Shown here in pieces: positions 1 to 8,225 of a stretch of DNA of 48,875 bases. The translations under genes were made by a program, and so were the position numbers. Below the pieces are notes generated by a model. It did not search any database. It was not told the origin of the DNA and saw only the letters and a list, made by a program, of their open reading frames with translations. The DNA lies in the IMG/VR virus record IMGVR_UViG_3300009537_000023, positions 1 through 48,875 of that record; one strand, given 5' to 3'. The number at the start of each line of letters is the position of its first letter. Positions within the stretch are counted from its first letter, which is position 1. Source of the stretch: a virus.

Positions 1-99
1 TCGAAAGCGAGGAACAGTGAGCCGAACCCACCCAGTATTTACCAAGCCAAGCTCCATAAAGATGCAAGGCATCTGGGTGAAGCACAAGAGAACCCAAGC
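1..99. repeat. 99-bp terminal direct repeat, identical to 48777..48875; closes the contig into a circle
   Basis: Read base by base: tcgaaagcgaggaacagtgagcc...gaacccaagc occurs at both ends. The ORF ending at 48796 and the ORF starting at 17 both lie inside the repeat. Confidence 0.9.
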
Positions 100-313
100 T
101 GTCGGCTGGATTGCCTACGTTGAGAAACCTGTGGATCCTGATGAGCGCCCACGACTCTGGGTAGTCTATCCGCCAAGCCCCTACAATAAGGAGGTAGCGA
201 ACTTCAAAACCTACTCAGCAGGGTCAGCCTATGCTGACGAAGTAACCCGACTACGAAGGAAGAGAAAGGAGGTGAAATGGCCAATCGCATACGAGCCATC
301 GCAATCGGATTGA
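17..313 (+). CDS. hypothetical protein (98 aa), GTG start
   Basis: ORF track. The GTG overlaps the TGA of the preceding gene (GTGA) inside the conserved junction TCGAAAGCGAGGAACAGTGAG, which supplies a GAGGA ribosome-binding site. Confidence 0.5.
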   Translation: MSRTHPVFTKPSSIKMQGIWVKHKRTQAVGWIAYVEKPVDPDERPRLWVVYPPSPYNKEVANFKTYSAGSAYADEVTRLRRKRKEVKWPIAYEPSQSD

Positions 314-600
314 TTCTTGTCCTATGGGCAGTGTTCCCTGTTCAGGCAGCGGATGATCTGGGCAATGGAGCATGCCAGCAGACGACCGGCGAAGTCGGTC
401 TCTGGAATGGGACAACGGCGGACGATGAGGGGTGCATAACCCCCACAGAATATGCCGTGATGTATCAGTCAGATGACGGAGAGGATCCCTTGGATCAGAT
501 CGTATCTGTAGACCCGGAGCAGTACCCGGGCCCGACAGTTCGAGAAGTCTTTGAGGATCCATTTGTAAGAGCCCAGCTTTCAGGGCTGACCATCGAATAA
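277..600 (+). CDS. secreted or membrane-anchored small protein with an N-terminal signal peptide
   Basis: Strong RBS AAGGAGGTGAA before the ATG. N-terminus MANRIRAIAIGLILVLWAVFPVQA|ADD has a basic n-region, a hydrophobic core and an AxA-like cleavage site. Confidence 0.6.
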   Translation: MANRIRAIAIGLILVLWAVFPVQAADDLGNGACQQTTGEVGLWNGTTADDEGCITPTEYAVMYQSDDGEDPLDQIVSVDPEQYPGPTVREVFEDPFVRAQLSGLTIE

Positions 601-620
601 GGCGAAAAGGTATCTGAGGT

Positions 621-648
621 TTGAGGAACAGATACCAGCGTCTATAAT
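621..648 (+). promoter_or_regulatory. sigma70-like promoter TTGAGG-16 nt-TATAAT
   Basis: TTGAGG at 621-626, a 16-nt spacer, TATAAT at 643-648, in the gap after the stop at 600. Confidence 0.5.
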
Positions 649-687
649 ATGATTGCAAGCAGCACCCAGCCACAGAAAGGAGACCCA

Positions 688-1107
688 GTGGCACGCAAAG
701 CTGCAACCGACGACCTTGACGCCCTCGATCTAGAAGATGAGGACTTTGAGGTAGAAGAAGACGAAGAGGCCAAGGCATCTGCCAAAGGCAAGAAGTCTTC
801 CAAGAAAAGCGAGAAGCCGAAGGGCATCGGCGCTCGTGAGATGGCTGAGCACCTTGGTGCAGAGCCAAAGACCTTCCGTGCCTGGTTGCGTAGGAAGCAA
901 GACGCCGGTGATGTCGAGATGGACCGAGAGGCCAAGACTCGATATGACTTCGGTGCCTCGCTGAACAGCCCCACGGCAAAGACTGTCATCAAGCTCTGGA
1001 ATGAGGATTCCCATGAGAAGGGTGCGGGTCTGAAGAAGGCACAAGCTGCCAACAAGAAGAAGGCAGCGGCGAAAAAGAAGCCAGCCACCAAGAAGAAGTC
1101 TTCCTAG
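688..1107 (+). CDS. Lys/Ala-tailed putative DNA-binding protein; member 1 of a three-gene paralog family
   Basis: The ORF is open from ATG 649, but that ATG abuts the TATAAT box and has no RBS. GTG 688 follows AAAGGAG (676-682) by 5 nt. The C-terminus KKAQAANKKKAAAKKKPATKKKSS is histone-tail-like. The core AREMAEHLGAEPKTFRAWLRRKQ resembles the products of 41601..41858 and 43175..43393. Confidence 0.6.
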   Translation: MARKAATDDLDALDLEDEDFEVEEDEEAKASAKGKKSSKKSEKPKGIGAREMAEHLGAEPKTFRAWLRRKQDAGDVEMDREAKTRYDFGASLNSPTAKTVIKLWNEDSHEKGAGLKKAQAANKKKAAAKKKPATKKKSS

Positions 1108-1135
1108 ACCGCCCTAACGGGCTGGCATGGGAGGT

Positions 1136-1200
1136 AGCTCCGGGAGAGCAGCCCACATACCGCACCCAACGGTAAACTCCCTCTCCCGGGGCTTTCTTCT
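1136..1200 (+). terminator. candidate intrinsic terminator or long stem-loop
   Basis: AGCTCCGGGAGAG (1136-1148) pairs with CTCTCCCGGGGCT (1181-1193): 13 bp including one G.U, with a 32-nt loop. It is followed by TTCTTCTT. Confidence 0.4.
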
Positions 1201-1202
1201 TG

Positions 1203-1211
1203 TGATACAAT
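1203..1211 (+). promoter_or_regulatory. extended -10 promoter element TGaTACAAT
   Basis: TG at 1203-1204 and TACAAT at 1206-1211, about 28 nt upstream of ATG 1239. I found no convincing -35. Confidence 0.35.
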
Positions 1212-1238
1212 TCATAATATACCGATGTCAGGAGACTC

Positions 1239-1421
1239 ATGACTACGACCAAAGAGCCTGACCTCTCTGACTTTATGACCACAAAGGAAGTGGCAGAGCT
1301 TTATGGGGTCACTCAAGTAGAGGTTCAGAAGGCCGTTAAAAAGGGACTGCTTCAGGCCCAAAAGATCGGCTATTTCTACGTTCTTTTTGGGCCTAAATTG
1401 CCCATCAAATTCCCATCGTAG
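1239..1421 (+). CDS. small helix-turn-helix DNA-binding protein (excisionase/MerR-like HTH)
   Basis: MTTKEVAELYGVTQVEVQKAVKKGLLQAQKIG has the helix-turn-helix pattern seen in Xis/MerR-type small phage regulators. RBS CAGGAG lies upstream. Confidence 0.55.
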   Translation: MTTTKEPDLSDFMTTKEVAELYGVTQVEVQKAVKKGLLQAQKIGYFYVLFGPKLPIKFPS

Positions 1422-1430
1422 TAGTCCAAA

Positions 1431-3386
1431 TTGGAGCCTATAGATTTCCTCAAGCTCGTCTGGAACGGGCAAGAGGGCTTTGTCTTTCTTCCACGAAAGG
1501 CTAAGCGTTGGTCAGAAGGCTCGGCCTTCGAGTGGCCGCAGGATGCTGACAAGATAGAGGCCCACATTGAACGACATTCATCAAAAGCCGACCTGTACTA
1601 CACGCCAAATACTTTCAGTCAACCTGATAGACGGCGTGAGTATGTCAAGAACCCTCATTGGCTCTACGCCGATCTTGATACAGTATCGCCATCGAAACTG
1701 GCGGTCAGGCCCCAGCTTGCGGTACAGTCATCGCCTGGAAGGTTTCAATCTTTATGGCGCCTCGCTAGAGCTATCGACCCGGGTAAACATGAGACCTACA
1801 ACCAAAGGCTGACATATGCCACAGGAGCAGACAGGGGTGGATGGGATCTTACACAGGTACTTCGTATACCCGGGACAATCAACCACAAGTATCCGGGTCG
1901 AGTTAAGGTTCGACTTGCCTGGAGCGAGCCAGATAAAACATCGCTTACCAAGGTCAAGAAGTTCCTTGACGGTGTTGAGGCTAATCTTGAGAGCTTGGGT
2001 CCCATTGTACCGCCTGATCTTCGCTTACCAGCAGAGTCAAGTAAGGATTTACGCAAGCGGTTCAGCGGAGCTTTTGATGCCCGAACCAAAGAGCTCCTCG
2101 ATCAGACAGAAGAACCACCAGTAGGTGAAAGATCAGACAGGCTGTGGGAGTTAGAGTGCCGCCTGCTAGAGATTGGCCTCGAGCCCGAGGAGGTTTTCGT
2201 TGTCGTTAAGAATTCGGTCTGGAACAAATACATACAACGCCCAGATGGTGACTTGGCACTATGGCGGGAGGTGCAGAAGGCTCATCTTCATGTTGGCATT
2301 GTCATCCAAGAGAGCGTGGCACCAGTTAGTAATGGGCCTACACGTGCCCGACCAAGAGTGCTTAGTTACGCCGACATTCTGGGATCCGCAATTCGAGAAC
2401 CAGATTGGGCAATTGAGGAGTGGTGGACGTTGGGCTCGCACGGTATTCTGGCTGGACTTCCAAAATCATTCAAGAGCCTGGTCGCTACAGATATGGCCGT
2501 TTCTCTTGCAAGTGAAACGCCATTCCTGGGTCAGTTCAGCGTTAACCCAAGAGCGGTGGGTCCGGTTCTCATGGTCCAGCAGGAGAATAGCCTCGCACTG
2601 GTCCGTGATCGCCTCCTTAAAATCAGCCATAGCCGGGGGTTGCAGACAGGTACTGCATCCTTACACGATGCCTCGATAGATTTCAAGCCGCCGCCATCAA
2701 TACCGATCCTGTTTTACAACGACTTCGGTTTTGATATGACCAATGGAGATGACCGAGAATCCATAGAAGAAGTTATCCGTAATAATGGTGTGAAGACGGT
2801 GTTCTTTGATCCATTATATTTGATGATTGGTGGTGCAGATGAGAACGTGGCTAAGGAAATGCGTCCGATACTCACATGGCTCCTACGGATTAGGAACCTA
2901 TACAACTGTGCGGTGGTGGTCATTCACCACTGGGGTAAGAGTCAACCGGGCAGGGGTGGTCGTGGAGTTGGAGGCACCCGACTCCTCGGGTCTACGACGA
3001 TTTACGGCTGGCTCGAAGCAGCCTTATACCTGGAGGCAAGACACTCTACCTTGGACGGCGGGGGAGTACAGGTGGTGGTTGAGCGTGAGTTTCGGGAGAG
3101 ACCCTCAGCGCCGCCTATGGCTTTCGATTTGTCGATGGCCGACGTGGGCAAACTCGGATATGAGTGGTCAGGCGTGGGCGCAGTTGGTACAACCAACCGA
3201 CTCATTGAGGCAATTCAGAAGGCGGGGCCGAAGGGAGCAACTCTAGCCTTCGTTAGAGGTCAACTCGAATGGGGGCAGAAGAAAGCCAGAAAGGAGATAG
3301 ATGCCCTGATAGAAGAAGGAATTGTGTATGAGGAGCAGACGGGGAAGAGCAAGCGTGTCTTCCTGAGACCAGGATTTGGAGACTAA
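1431..3386 (+). CDS. bifunctional primase-polymerase (prim-pol/RepB-like) plus RepA/RecA-like helicase ATPase
   Basis: The N-terminal half has LYADLD (acidic metal motif), QSSPGRFQSLW and LRIPGTINHKY (prim-pol motifs). The C-terminal half has GLPKSFKS (Walker-A-like), VFFDPLYLM (Walker B) and VVVIHHWGKS, as in AAA_25/RepA-type proteins. TTG start. Confidence 0.8.
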   Translation: MEPIDFLKLVWNGQEGFVFLPRKAKRWSEGSAFEWPQDADKIEAHIERHSSKADLYYTPNTFSQPDRRREYVKNPHWLYADLDTVSPSKLAVRPQLAVQSSPGRFQSLWRLARAIDPGKHETYNQRLTYATGADRGGWDLTQVLRIPGTINHKYPGRVKVRLAWSEPDKTSLTKVKKFLDGVEANLESLGPIVPPDLRLPAESSKDLRKRFSGAFDARTKELLDQTEEPPVGERSDRLWELECRLLEIGLEPEEVFVVVKNSVWNKYIQRPDGDLALWREVQKAHLHVGIVIQESVAPVSNGPTRARPRVLSYADILGSAIREPDWAIEEWWTLGSHGILAGLPKSFKSLVATDMAVSLASETPFLGQFSVNPRAVGPVLMVQQENSLALVRDRLLKISHSRGLQTGTASLHDASIDFKPPPSIPILFYNDFGFDMTNGDDRESIEEVIRNNGVKTVFFDPLYLMIGGADENVAKEMRPILTWLLRIRNLYNCAVVVIHHWGKSQPGRGGRGVGGTRLLGSTTIYGWLEAALYLEARHSTLDGGGVQVVVEREFRERPSAPPMAFDLSMADVGKLGYEWSGVGAVGTTNRLIEAIQKAGPKGATLAFVRGQLEWGQKKARKEIDALIEEGIVYEEQTGKSKRVFLRPGFGD

Positions 3387-3849
3387 CGTGCCAAGAAGCC
3401 CAGCACTGGCTATCAACCGAGAGACAGGGGAGCCCTCAGTCGTGCCGTCTACTTACGAAAAGTATGAGGCATGGAAAGTTGTGATCCTTGACATCGAAAC
3501 CAACCAGAGAAGGTCCAAGAAGTTTTTTTCCTATAAGAAGGCTAAGAAAGCAGCCATCAAATATTCGGAGAAGCTCGGACCAGCGTATCTAGTAGGTGTG
3601 GTCTCGAGGCAGATGGGCTATGGTCCCCCACAGTCAAAGGTACCTGACCTGATGCTTGTGGAGAAGAACGACCTCGGGTATTTATGGTGCCCGTACTGCC
3701 GTAACTTTCGCACATTCCTCTACAACGCCTGGAGAGAGCGCAGGCTCTGTGAGTTCTGCGGCTGCGTGGAGTCAGACTTCCATGTGGTAGTGAACAATCC
3801 CATGTTTTGGGACCCCGAGAGAGTAAAAAGGATTAGAGAAAATGGCTAG
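3376..3849 (+). CDS. zinc-ribbon protein, function unknown
   Basis: CPYCRNF...CEFCGC gives a CxxC...CxxC pattern. The start is uncertain: TTG 3376 or GTG 3388. Confidence 0.5.
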   Translation: METNVPRSPALAINRETGEPSVVPSTYEKYEAWKVVILDIETNQRRSKKFFSYKKAKKAAIKYSEKLGPAYLVGVVSRQMGYGPPQSKVPDLMLVEKNDLGYLWCPYCRNFRTFLYNAWRERRLCEFCGCVESDFHVVVNNPMFWDPERVKRIRENG

Positions 3850-4258
3850 TCAGTTTGAGGTATTGAGACAGCACCTGGAAAGAATGGAGGGCAAGCTGAA
3901 CCAGATACTTGACCATCTGGGAGCAGACCTTGACTTGAGTGAGGAGGCTGACCCCGGACCAGGAAAGAATCCTGTACCTCGCAAAAACCCAGCGGCAACT
4001 AGAACCCATGTTGAGGTTCATACCGTAAGCGGAGATGTAGAGATGGTGCCATGGACCGAGATAGATGATCGGATTATCGAAGCCGTTAGGCTTAGCTCCG
4101 AACGTCAGACTCAGTGGGAGCTTTACCGTGATCCCAATGGCATGATTCGAGTCTCTGTGGACGCCGCCATAGCTCAGGAATTGCGTACGATCGATCGATC
4201 AGATCAAGCTCCTGTGCCTAACGTTCAGGGCTTCGATGCTCTGGGTGTGGATGAGTAA
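3842..4258 (+). CDS. hypothetical protein (138 aa)
   Basis: ORF track. Tightly packed, with its ATG overlapping the end of the previous gene. Confidence 0.5.
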   Translation: MASQFEVLRQHLERMEGKLNQILDHLGADLDLSEEADPGPGKNPVPRKNPAATRTHVEVHTVSGDVEMVPWTEIDDRIIEAVRLSSERQTQWELYRDPNGMIRVSVDAAIAQELRTIDRSDQAPVPNVQGFDALGVDE

Positions 4259-5723
4259 GTTCAAGCCCAAGGTCAAGTCTTATGACCATCAGAGGAAGTT
4301 TGTAAAGTGGGTATGGAACAAAACAAAGTACCCTGGCGTTGGGGATTCGGGTGGTGGCGCCTTCTTCGACCCAGGTACTGGGAAAACCAAGACTGCCTAC
4401 GACTTTATATCTGCTTCCTACGTCCACAGGAAGATGAGGCGGGTCCTAGTGATCTGCCCGATCAATGCGATCCAAGTCTGGGACGCTCAGGCGGATGAGC
4501 ATATCCGAGATGAGATTCCATTTCGAGTGATGATCCCCGAGGGAACCATTGCAGAGAAGACCGAAACCGTGAGCAACTGGAAAAGCATTGCGGATGATGA
4601 TGACCTGATGATTGTGGTCTTGAACTATGCAGCCGTGATAAAGCGAGACAAGAAGTGGGCCATCATGAAAACCCTCGAGGCCTATAACCCAGACCTTGTC
4701 GTGGTCGATGAAAGCCACCATATTAAGAACGCCACCGCCAAACAGAGCAAGGCTGTTCACAGGGTGTGTGAGAAAGCCGAGCATGTGATGATCCTGACAG
4801 GTACACCGATAGGCAAGAATTATCTGGATCTTTACAGCCAGCTGAAAGCCATAGATCCTGACATCTGGAAAGCAGACTGGACTAAGACAGGTACTATGTC
4901 ATGGACCAATTTCAGGAACGAGTACGGCATCTTCGGGGGCAGAACTGGTTACGAACTGAAGGGCTATCGCAACCTCGATGATCTGCGAGACCGCTACATG
5001 CCTCATATTCGTACCGCTCGCAAAGAGGACATACACGATATGCCGAAGGTCACAGACACCATTGTTCCTGTGGAGATAGGTGCCTCCGCTCGCCGGGTCT
5101 ATGATGTCCTCGCTGAAGAAGGTTTAGTAGTCCACAAAAGACACCTTATAGATGCGCCGATACCGCTCACCAAGCTGTTGAGGCTACAGCAGATCACAGG
5201 AGGATGGGTACATGACGAACACGGTGAGGTCGTGGAAGTTCAGAGGGACAAGTTATCCATACTGGCCGATTTACTTTCAGACCTCCACTCCGCTGGCCAG
5301 TCGGTTGTCGTGTTTGCTCGGTTCCTCGCCGAGCTTGAAGCGATTTCCGCAGTTAGTCCTTATAAGTGGGTTCAGTCGATACAAGGAGGTGTATCTCAGC
5401 AGCAGAGAAAGTCCCGGGTTGTTGCCTTTTCAGGAAGCAATGATCCGAAGATGTTGGCCATCCAAATATCCGCAGCAGAGGCCTTAGATGGATTACAAAC
5501 CAATTGCTCCTACGGGGTTTTTTATTCGACGGATTACAGTCTCATCCACTGGAACCAAGCGAGAGGACGTATCGATAGAGTTGGACAGAGAAGGCCGGTT
5601 ACTTTCTATCACCTGCAGGTCAAAGAAAGCGTTGATAGCCTCATATTTCAGGCCCTTAGGGACAAAAAAAACATCGAAAGGATCGTGATGAATGATCCGG
5701 CCGTACTTCTCAGGGGTTTGTAG
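4236..5723 (+). CDS. SNF2-family DNA-dependent ATPase/helicase
   Basis: DPGTGKTKTA (motif I), VVVDESHHIKN (motif II, DExH), LTGTPIGKNYLDLYSQL (motif III), QARGRIDRVGQ (motif VI). An alternative start is ATG 4251. Confidence 0.85.
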   Translation: MLWVWMSKFKPKVKSYDHQRKFVKWVWNKTKYPGVGDSGGGAFFDPGTGKTKTAYDFISASYVHRKMRRVLVICPINAIQVWDAQADEHIRDEIPFRVMIPEGTIAEKTETVSNWKSIADDDDLMIVVLNYAAVIKRDKKWAIMKTLEAYNPDLVVVDESHHIKNATAKQSKAVHRVCEKAEHVMILTGTPIGKNYLDLYSQLKAIDPDIWKADWTKTGTMSWTNFRNEYGIFGGRTGYELKGYRNLDDLRDRYMPHIRTARKEDIHDMPKVTDTIVPVEIGASARRVYDVLAEEGLVVHKRHLIDAPIPLTKLLRLQQITGGWVHDEHGEVVEVQRDKLSILADLLSDLHSAGQSVVVFARFLAELEAISAVSPYKWVQSIQGGVSQQQRKSRVVAFSGSNDPKMLAIQISAAEALDGLQTNCSYGVFYSTDYSLIHWNQARGRIDRVGQRRPVTFYHLQVKESVDSLIFQALRDKKNIERIVMNDPAVLLRGL

Positions 5724-5745
5724 GAGCTTTCCGATCTGTTATAAT
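5718..5745 (+). promoter_or_regulatory. sigma70-like promoter TTGTAG-16 nt-TATAAT
   Basis: In the 53-nt gap before ATG 5777. TATAAT lies at 5740-5745, in the same TATAATATG context as the promoter at 643. Confidence 0.45.
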
Positions 5746-5776
5746 ATGCCCGTCACTAATTTCTATTGGGAGCATT

Positions 5777-6376
5777 ATGCCAATCATTGTTCTTGAGGGA
5801 CCCGACGAATCCGGGAAGACAACCCTCGCCACAAAGCTTCGAGACACCTTGGAGCCTGTGATTGATACCGAATACCAGCGCAGTCCTGTTCGTGAGCATG
5901 GCTGGTCTGAGCAGTACAACAACTACCTCATCAACCAGTCCAGAGCAATAGGTCATCTGCTTGTTCAGGACAGGATCCCAGAGATAAGCGAGTCGGTCTA
6001 TGGCTTCATGCGAGGTGAGCCTCGTACTCATGGCTGGGTTTATGAAGCAGGCGACTGGTTTCATCAGCCGATATTCATGGTCTTTTGTGAGGGGCCAGGT
6101 ATCCTTCAAACCACACACAAGGATGCAGAAGGTCTTGCAATAGCCCACGCTGAGGTGGCCTTGTTATATGACTACACCTATTGGCTACTTGAACAGACCT
6201 CCATCATGGCACGGATGACTGAGTTCAAGGTGGTCAAGTACAACCGCTTCAGTGATGACCAGTCGGAGTTCTTCTGGAGTCTTCTCCAGTGGCTGACGTT
6301 CTGCTTCCCGCACCGTAGGGTTGAGTTCGTCAAAGCAGTAGCGCCTCTCATAGAAAGGAACCCAAATGAGCTTTGA
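5777..6376 (+). CDS. thymidylate-kinase-fold (d)NMP kinase
   Basis: P-loop IVLEGPDESGKTTLA at the N-terminus. VQDRIPEISESVYG resembles the TMK DR..S..AYQ motif. Confidence 0.7.
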   Translation: MPIIVLEGPDESGKTTLATKLRDTLEPVIDTEYQRSPVREHGWSEQYNNYLINQSRAIGHLLVQDRIPEISESVYGFMRGEPRTHGWVYEAGDWFHQPIFMVFCEGPGILQTTHKDAEGLAIAHAEVALLYDYTYWLLEQTSIMARMTEFKVVKYNRFSDDQSEFFWSLLQWLTFCFPHRRVEFVKAVAPLIERNPNEL

Positions 6377-6722
6377 AGGCGAGGCATGGTTGCCGGGCGA
6401 TATGCTCAACACCTTCCAGAATGTATGCCATAAGCCTTGGCTGGAGCACAACTTCCCACAGCAGCAGCCGCATGATGCCCTGCTTGGGCTAGTTGAGGAA
6501 GTAGGCGAGCTAGCTCATGCCCATTTGAAGATGGAGCAGGGGATTAGAGGCATGGATGATGAAATCAGGTTTAGAACCGATGCTTATGATGCCATCGGAG
6601 ATATCCTGATCTACCTTGCCAGCTACTGCAACACCAACGGCTTCGAGATGGACACAGCCCTTTACCGAGCATGGGAGGAGGTACGCAAACGTGACTGGCA
6701 AGAGCGACCAACTACGGGATGA
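6366..6722 (+). CDS. MazG-like all-alpha nucleoside triphosphate pyrophosphohydrolase
   Basis: LLGLVEEVGELAHAHLK...DAIGDILIYLASYC matches the paired EExxE / DxxxD helices typical of MazG/HisE-type NTP-PPases. Confidence 0.8.
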   Translation: MSFEGEAWLPGDMLNTFQNVCHKPWLEHNFPQQQPHDALLGLVEEVGELAHAHLKMEQGIRGMDDEIRFRTDAYDAIGDILIYLASYCNTNGFEMDTALYRAWEEVRKRDWQERPTTG

Positions 6723-6987
6723 TCGAGGAATATACCCGAAGTATGTGGTTTTCAAGCACCCAGCCTTTATAGCCGCTAGTTACACCGCAGTAGCCAGGGA
6801 GTTTTCAGAGGAGTTCAGCCCGGCCGTAGAACTTGTAGAAGTCGAGGACTTTGTGTTTGTCCTGAAGCCCCTGAAAGATCGAGCCGCCCGGTTAGCTATG
6901 GCTGTCTACGCAGAGGCAGTCCGTCACGAGAAGCCACGACTTGCTGCGGAGTTGAACGAGATTCTGGACGACTTCGATGGATCCTAA
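6691..6987 (+). CDS. hypothetical protein (~98 aa), GTG start
   Basis: The frame is open from 6616 but overlaps the MazG gene. GTG 6691 is the first plausible start. The body reads YVVFKHPAF...DFVFVLKPLKDRAARLAMAVYAEA. Confidence 0.45.
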   Translation: MTGKSDQLRDDRGIYPKYVVFKHPAFIAASYTAVAREFSEEFSPAVELVEVEDFVFVLKPLKDRAARLAMAVYAEAVRHEKPRLAAELNEILDDFDGS

Positions 6988-7201
6988 TACCGAGAAACTC
7001 TACACCCAGGAAGATGTGGAGAAGATGACAAATGAGGAGAAGTCAAAGCTCCTCTGGATTTCTCGCCGGGAGTATGAAGTCCTGAAGCATATTGAGGAGG
7101 GCAAGAGAAGAAAGGCTCTTGACAAGATGAGGCGTAAGGCAGAGAAGTCCAAAAGGCAGAAGCGTAAGGCCCAAAGACAAGCGAGGAAAAAGAACCGATG
7201 A
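6977..7201 (+). CDS. Lys/Arg-rich coiled-coil protein (74 aa)
   Basis: ORF track. C-terminus RRKAEKSKRQKRKAQRQARKKNR. Tightly packed between its neighbours. Confidence 0.45.
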   Translation: MDPNTEKLYTQEDVEKMTNEEKSKLLWISRREYEVLKHIEEGKRRKALDKMRRKAEKSKRQKRKAQRQARKKNR

Positions 7202-7380
7202 GGAAACCAAAACACATAAAGTCACCCCCACATCGGTGGGGTGATGGGAAGGTTCATCTACTAATCAAGGCCTCCGGCGGCTTCTATAAAGCCTGTGAAG
7301 GGATTACTAAAACTACTCCTTACCATCGAGGAGAAGAAACAACAGATCCCATCACCTGTAAAAGGTGCTTGAAAGGATGA
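7198..7380 (+). CDS. small Cys-containing protein (60 aa)
   Basis: ORF track. ATGA overlap with the previous gene. C..(n)..CKRC. Confidence 0.4.
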   Translation: MRKPKHIKSPPHRWGDGKVHLLIKASGGFYKACEGITKTTPYHRGEETTDPITCKRCLKG

Positions 7381-8225
7381 GCTTCAAGGTACTTAGAGCC
7401 CCAGACCTCACACAGCTATGGCATGATGTAGTCAGATGGCATCTATACAAGGAAGAAGTAGACCTTGATCTGAGCATCGGTACCAATCTGTACAACGTCA
7501 TCCTAGAAGCGGACTCGGCTGAGTACGACTTCAACCTGCAAGAGGTGTGGTTGAATAGTGCCCGATGGACCAGGCTCATCCGTGAGTACATCGATCCCTT
7601 GGACGCATCAGATTTTGTCCGCAATGCGAGGATCATCTTCGAGACAAAGGGAAAAAATGGAGTCATTACGAATATGCCTTTCCGGCCGGTTGAGCGTCGA
7701 GCGGATCTACGAAGGCACAAGTGGGGGAACTGCCTTTTGGCAGCGACATTTCGAGGCACACCACAGAGTGACGTCCGGCCCACACTTACCCTCCATTCCA
7801 GAGTTTCGTATAATGGGTATATGCTCGGACTCGACATGGGAATTGCTAATGTCCTTGCTAGAGAAATCACCGAAGGAGTACCGTCTGAGGTTAGAGTTCA
7901 ATGGCATCTTGATGTCACTCAACTCCACTCATTCAAATCCTTGCCCTATCTCTACACCCAGCCGGACTTGATGGAGGTGCTTGAGTCACGCCCTTCTGAG
8001 ATGGCAATGGTTGCTATGAAGTACCCTACTTGGGCTCGCATTCTGAAATGGTGGGAGAAGGTTCTTGAGTTCGACGGCACGAAGTCTGTGGAGGCAGAGT
8101 TGTATGGGCCCTTCCGACGCATCCGCAAACGTTATGCCGAGTACAAAGACGGCAAGCTAGTGCCGAGTGTTCACATCTCGGAACTGGACTTCAGCAAACT
8201 TGGAGAAAGCTATGACCCTAATTAA
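7377..8225 (+). CDS. divergent thymidylate-synthase-fold protein (paralog 1)
   Basis: WGNCLLAATFRG...PTLTLHSRVSYNGYMLGLDMGIANVL...VQWHLDVTQLH parallels the ThyA layout PCH..FQFYV...L.CQLYQRS.DVFLG.PFNIASYALL...GD.H.Y. The Cys is kept but the RS.D signature is degenerate. ATG 7377 overlaps the previous stop (ATGA); GTG 7365 is an alternative start. Confidence 0.55.
   Translation: MSFKVLRAPDLTQLWHDVVRWHLYKEEVDLDLSIGTNLYNVILEADSAEYDFNLQEVWLNSARWTRLIREYIDPLDASDFVRNARIIFETKGKNGVITNMPFRPVERRADLRRHKWGNCLLAATFRGTPQSDVRPTLTLHSRVSYNGYMLGLDMGIANVLAREITEGVPSEVRVQWHLDVTQLHSFKSLPYLYTQPDLMEVLESRPSEMAMVAMKYPTWARILKWWEKVLEFDGTKSVEAELYGPFRRIRKRYAEYKDGKLVPSVHISELDFSKLGESYDPN

Noticed and set aside
251-979. 242-aa ORF on the - strand across the first early genes.
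   Set aside because: It is antisense to three well-supported + strand genes with RBSs. Its product is Arg/Ser/Leu/Pro-rich, typical of a shadow frame, and it has no RBS or coupling.
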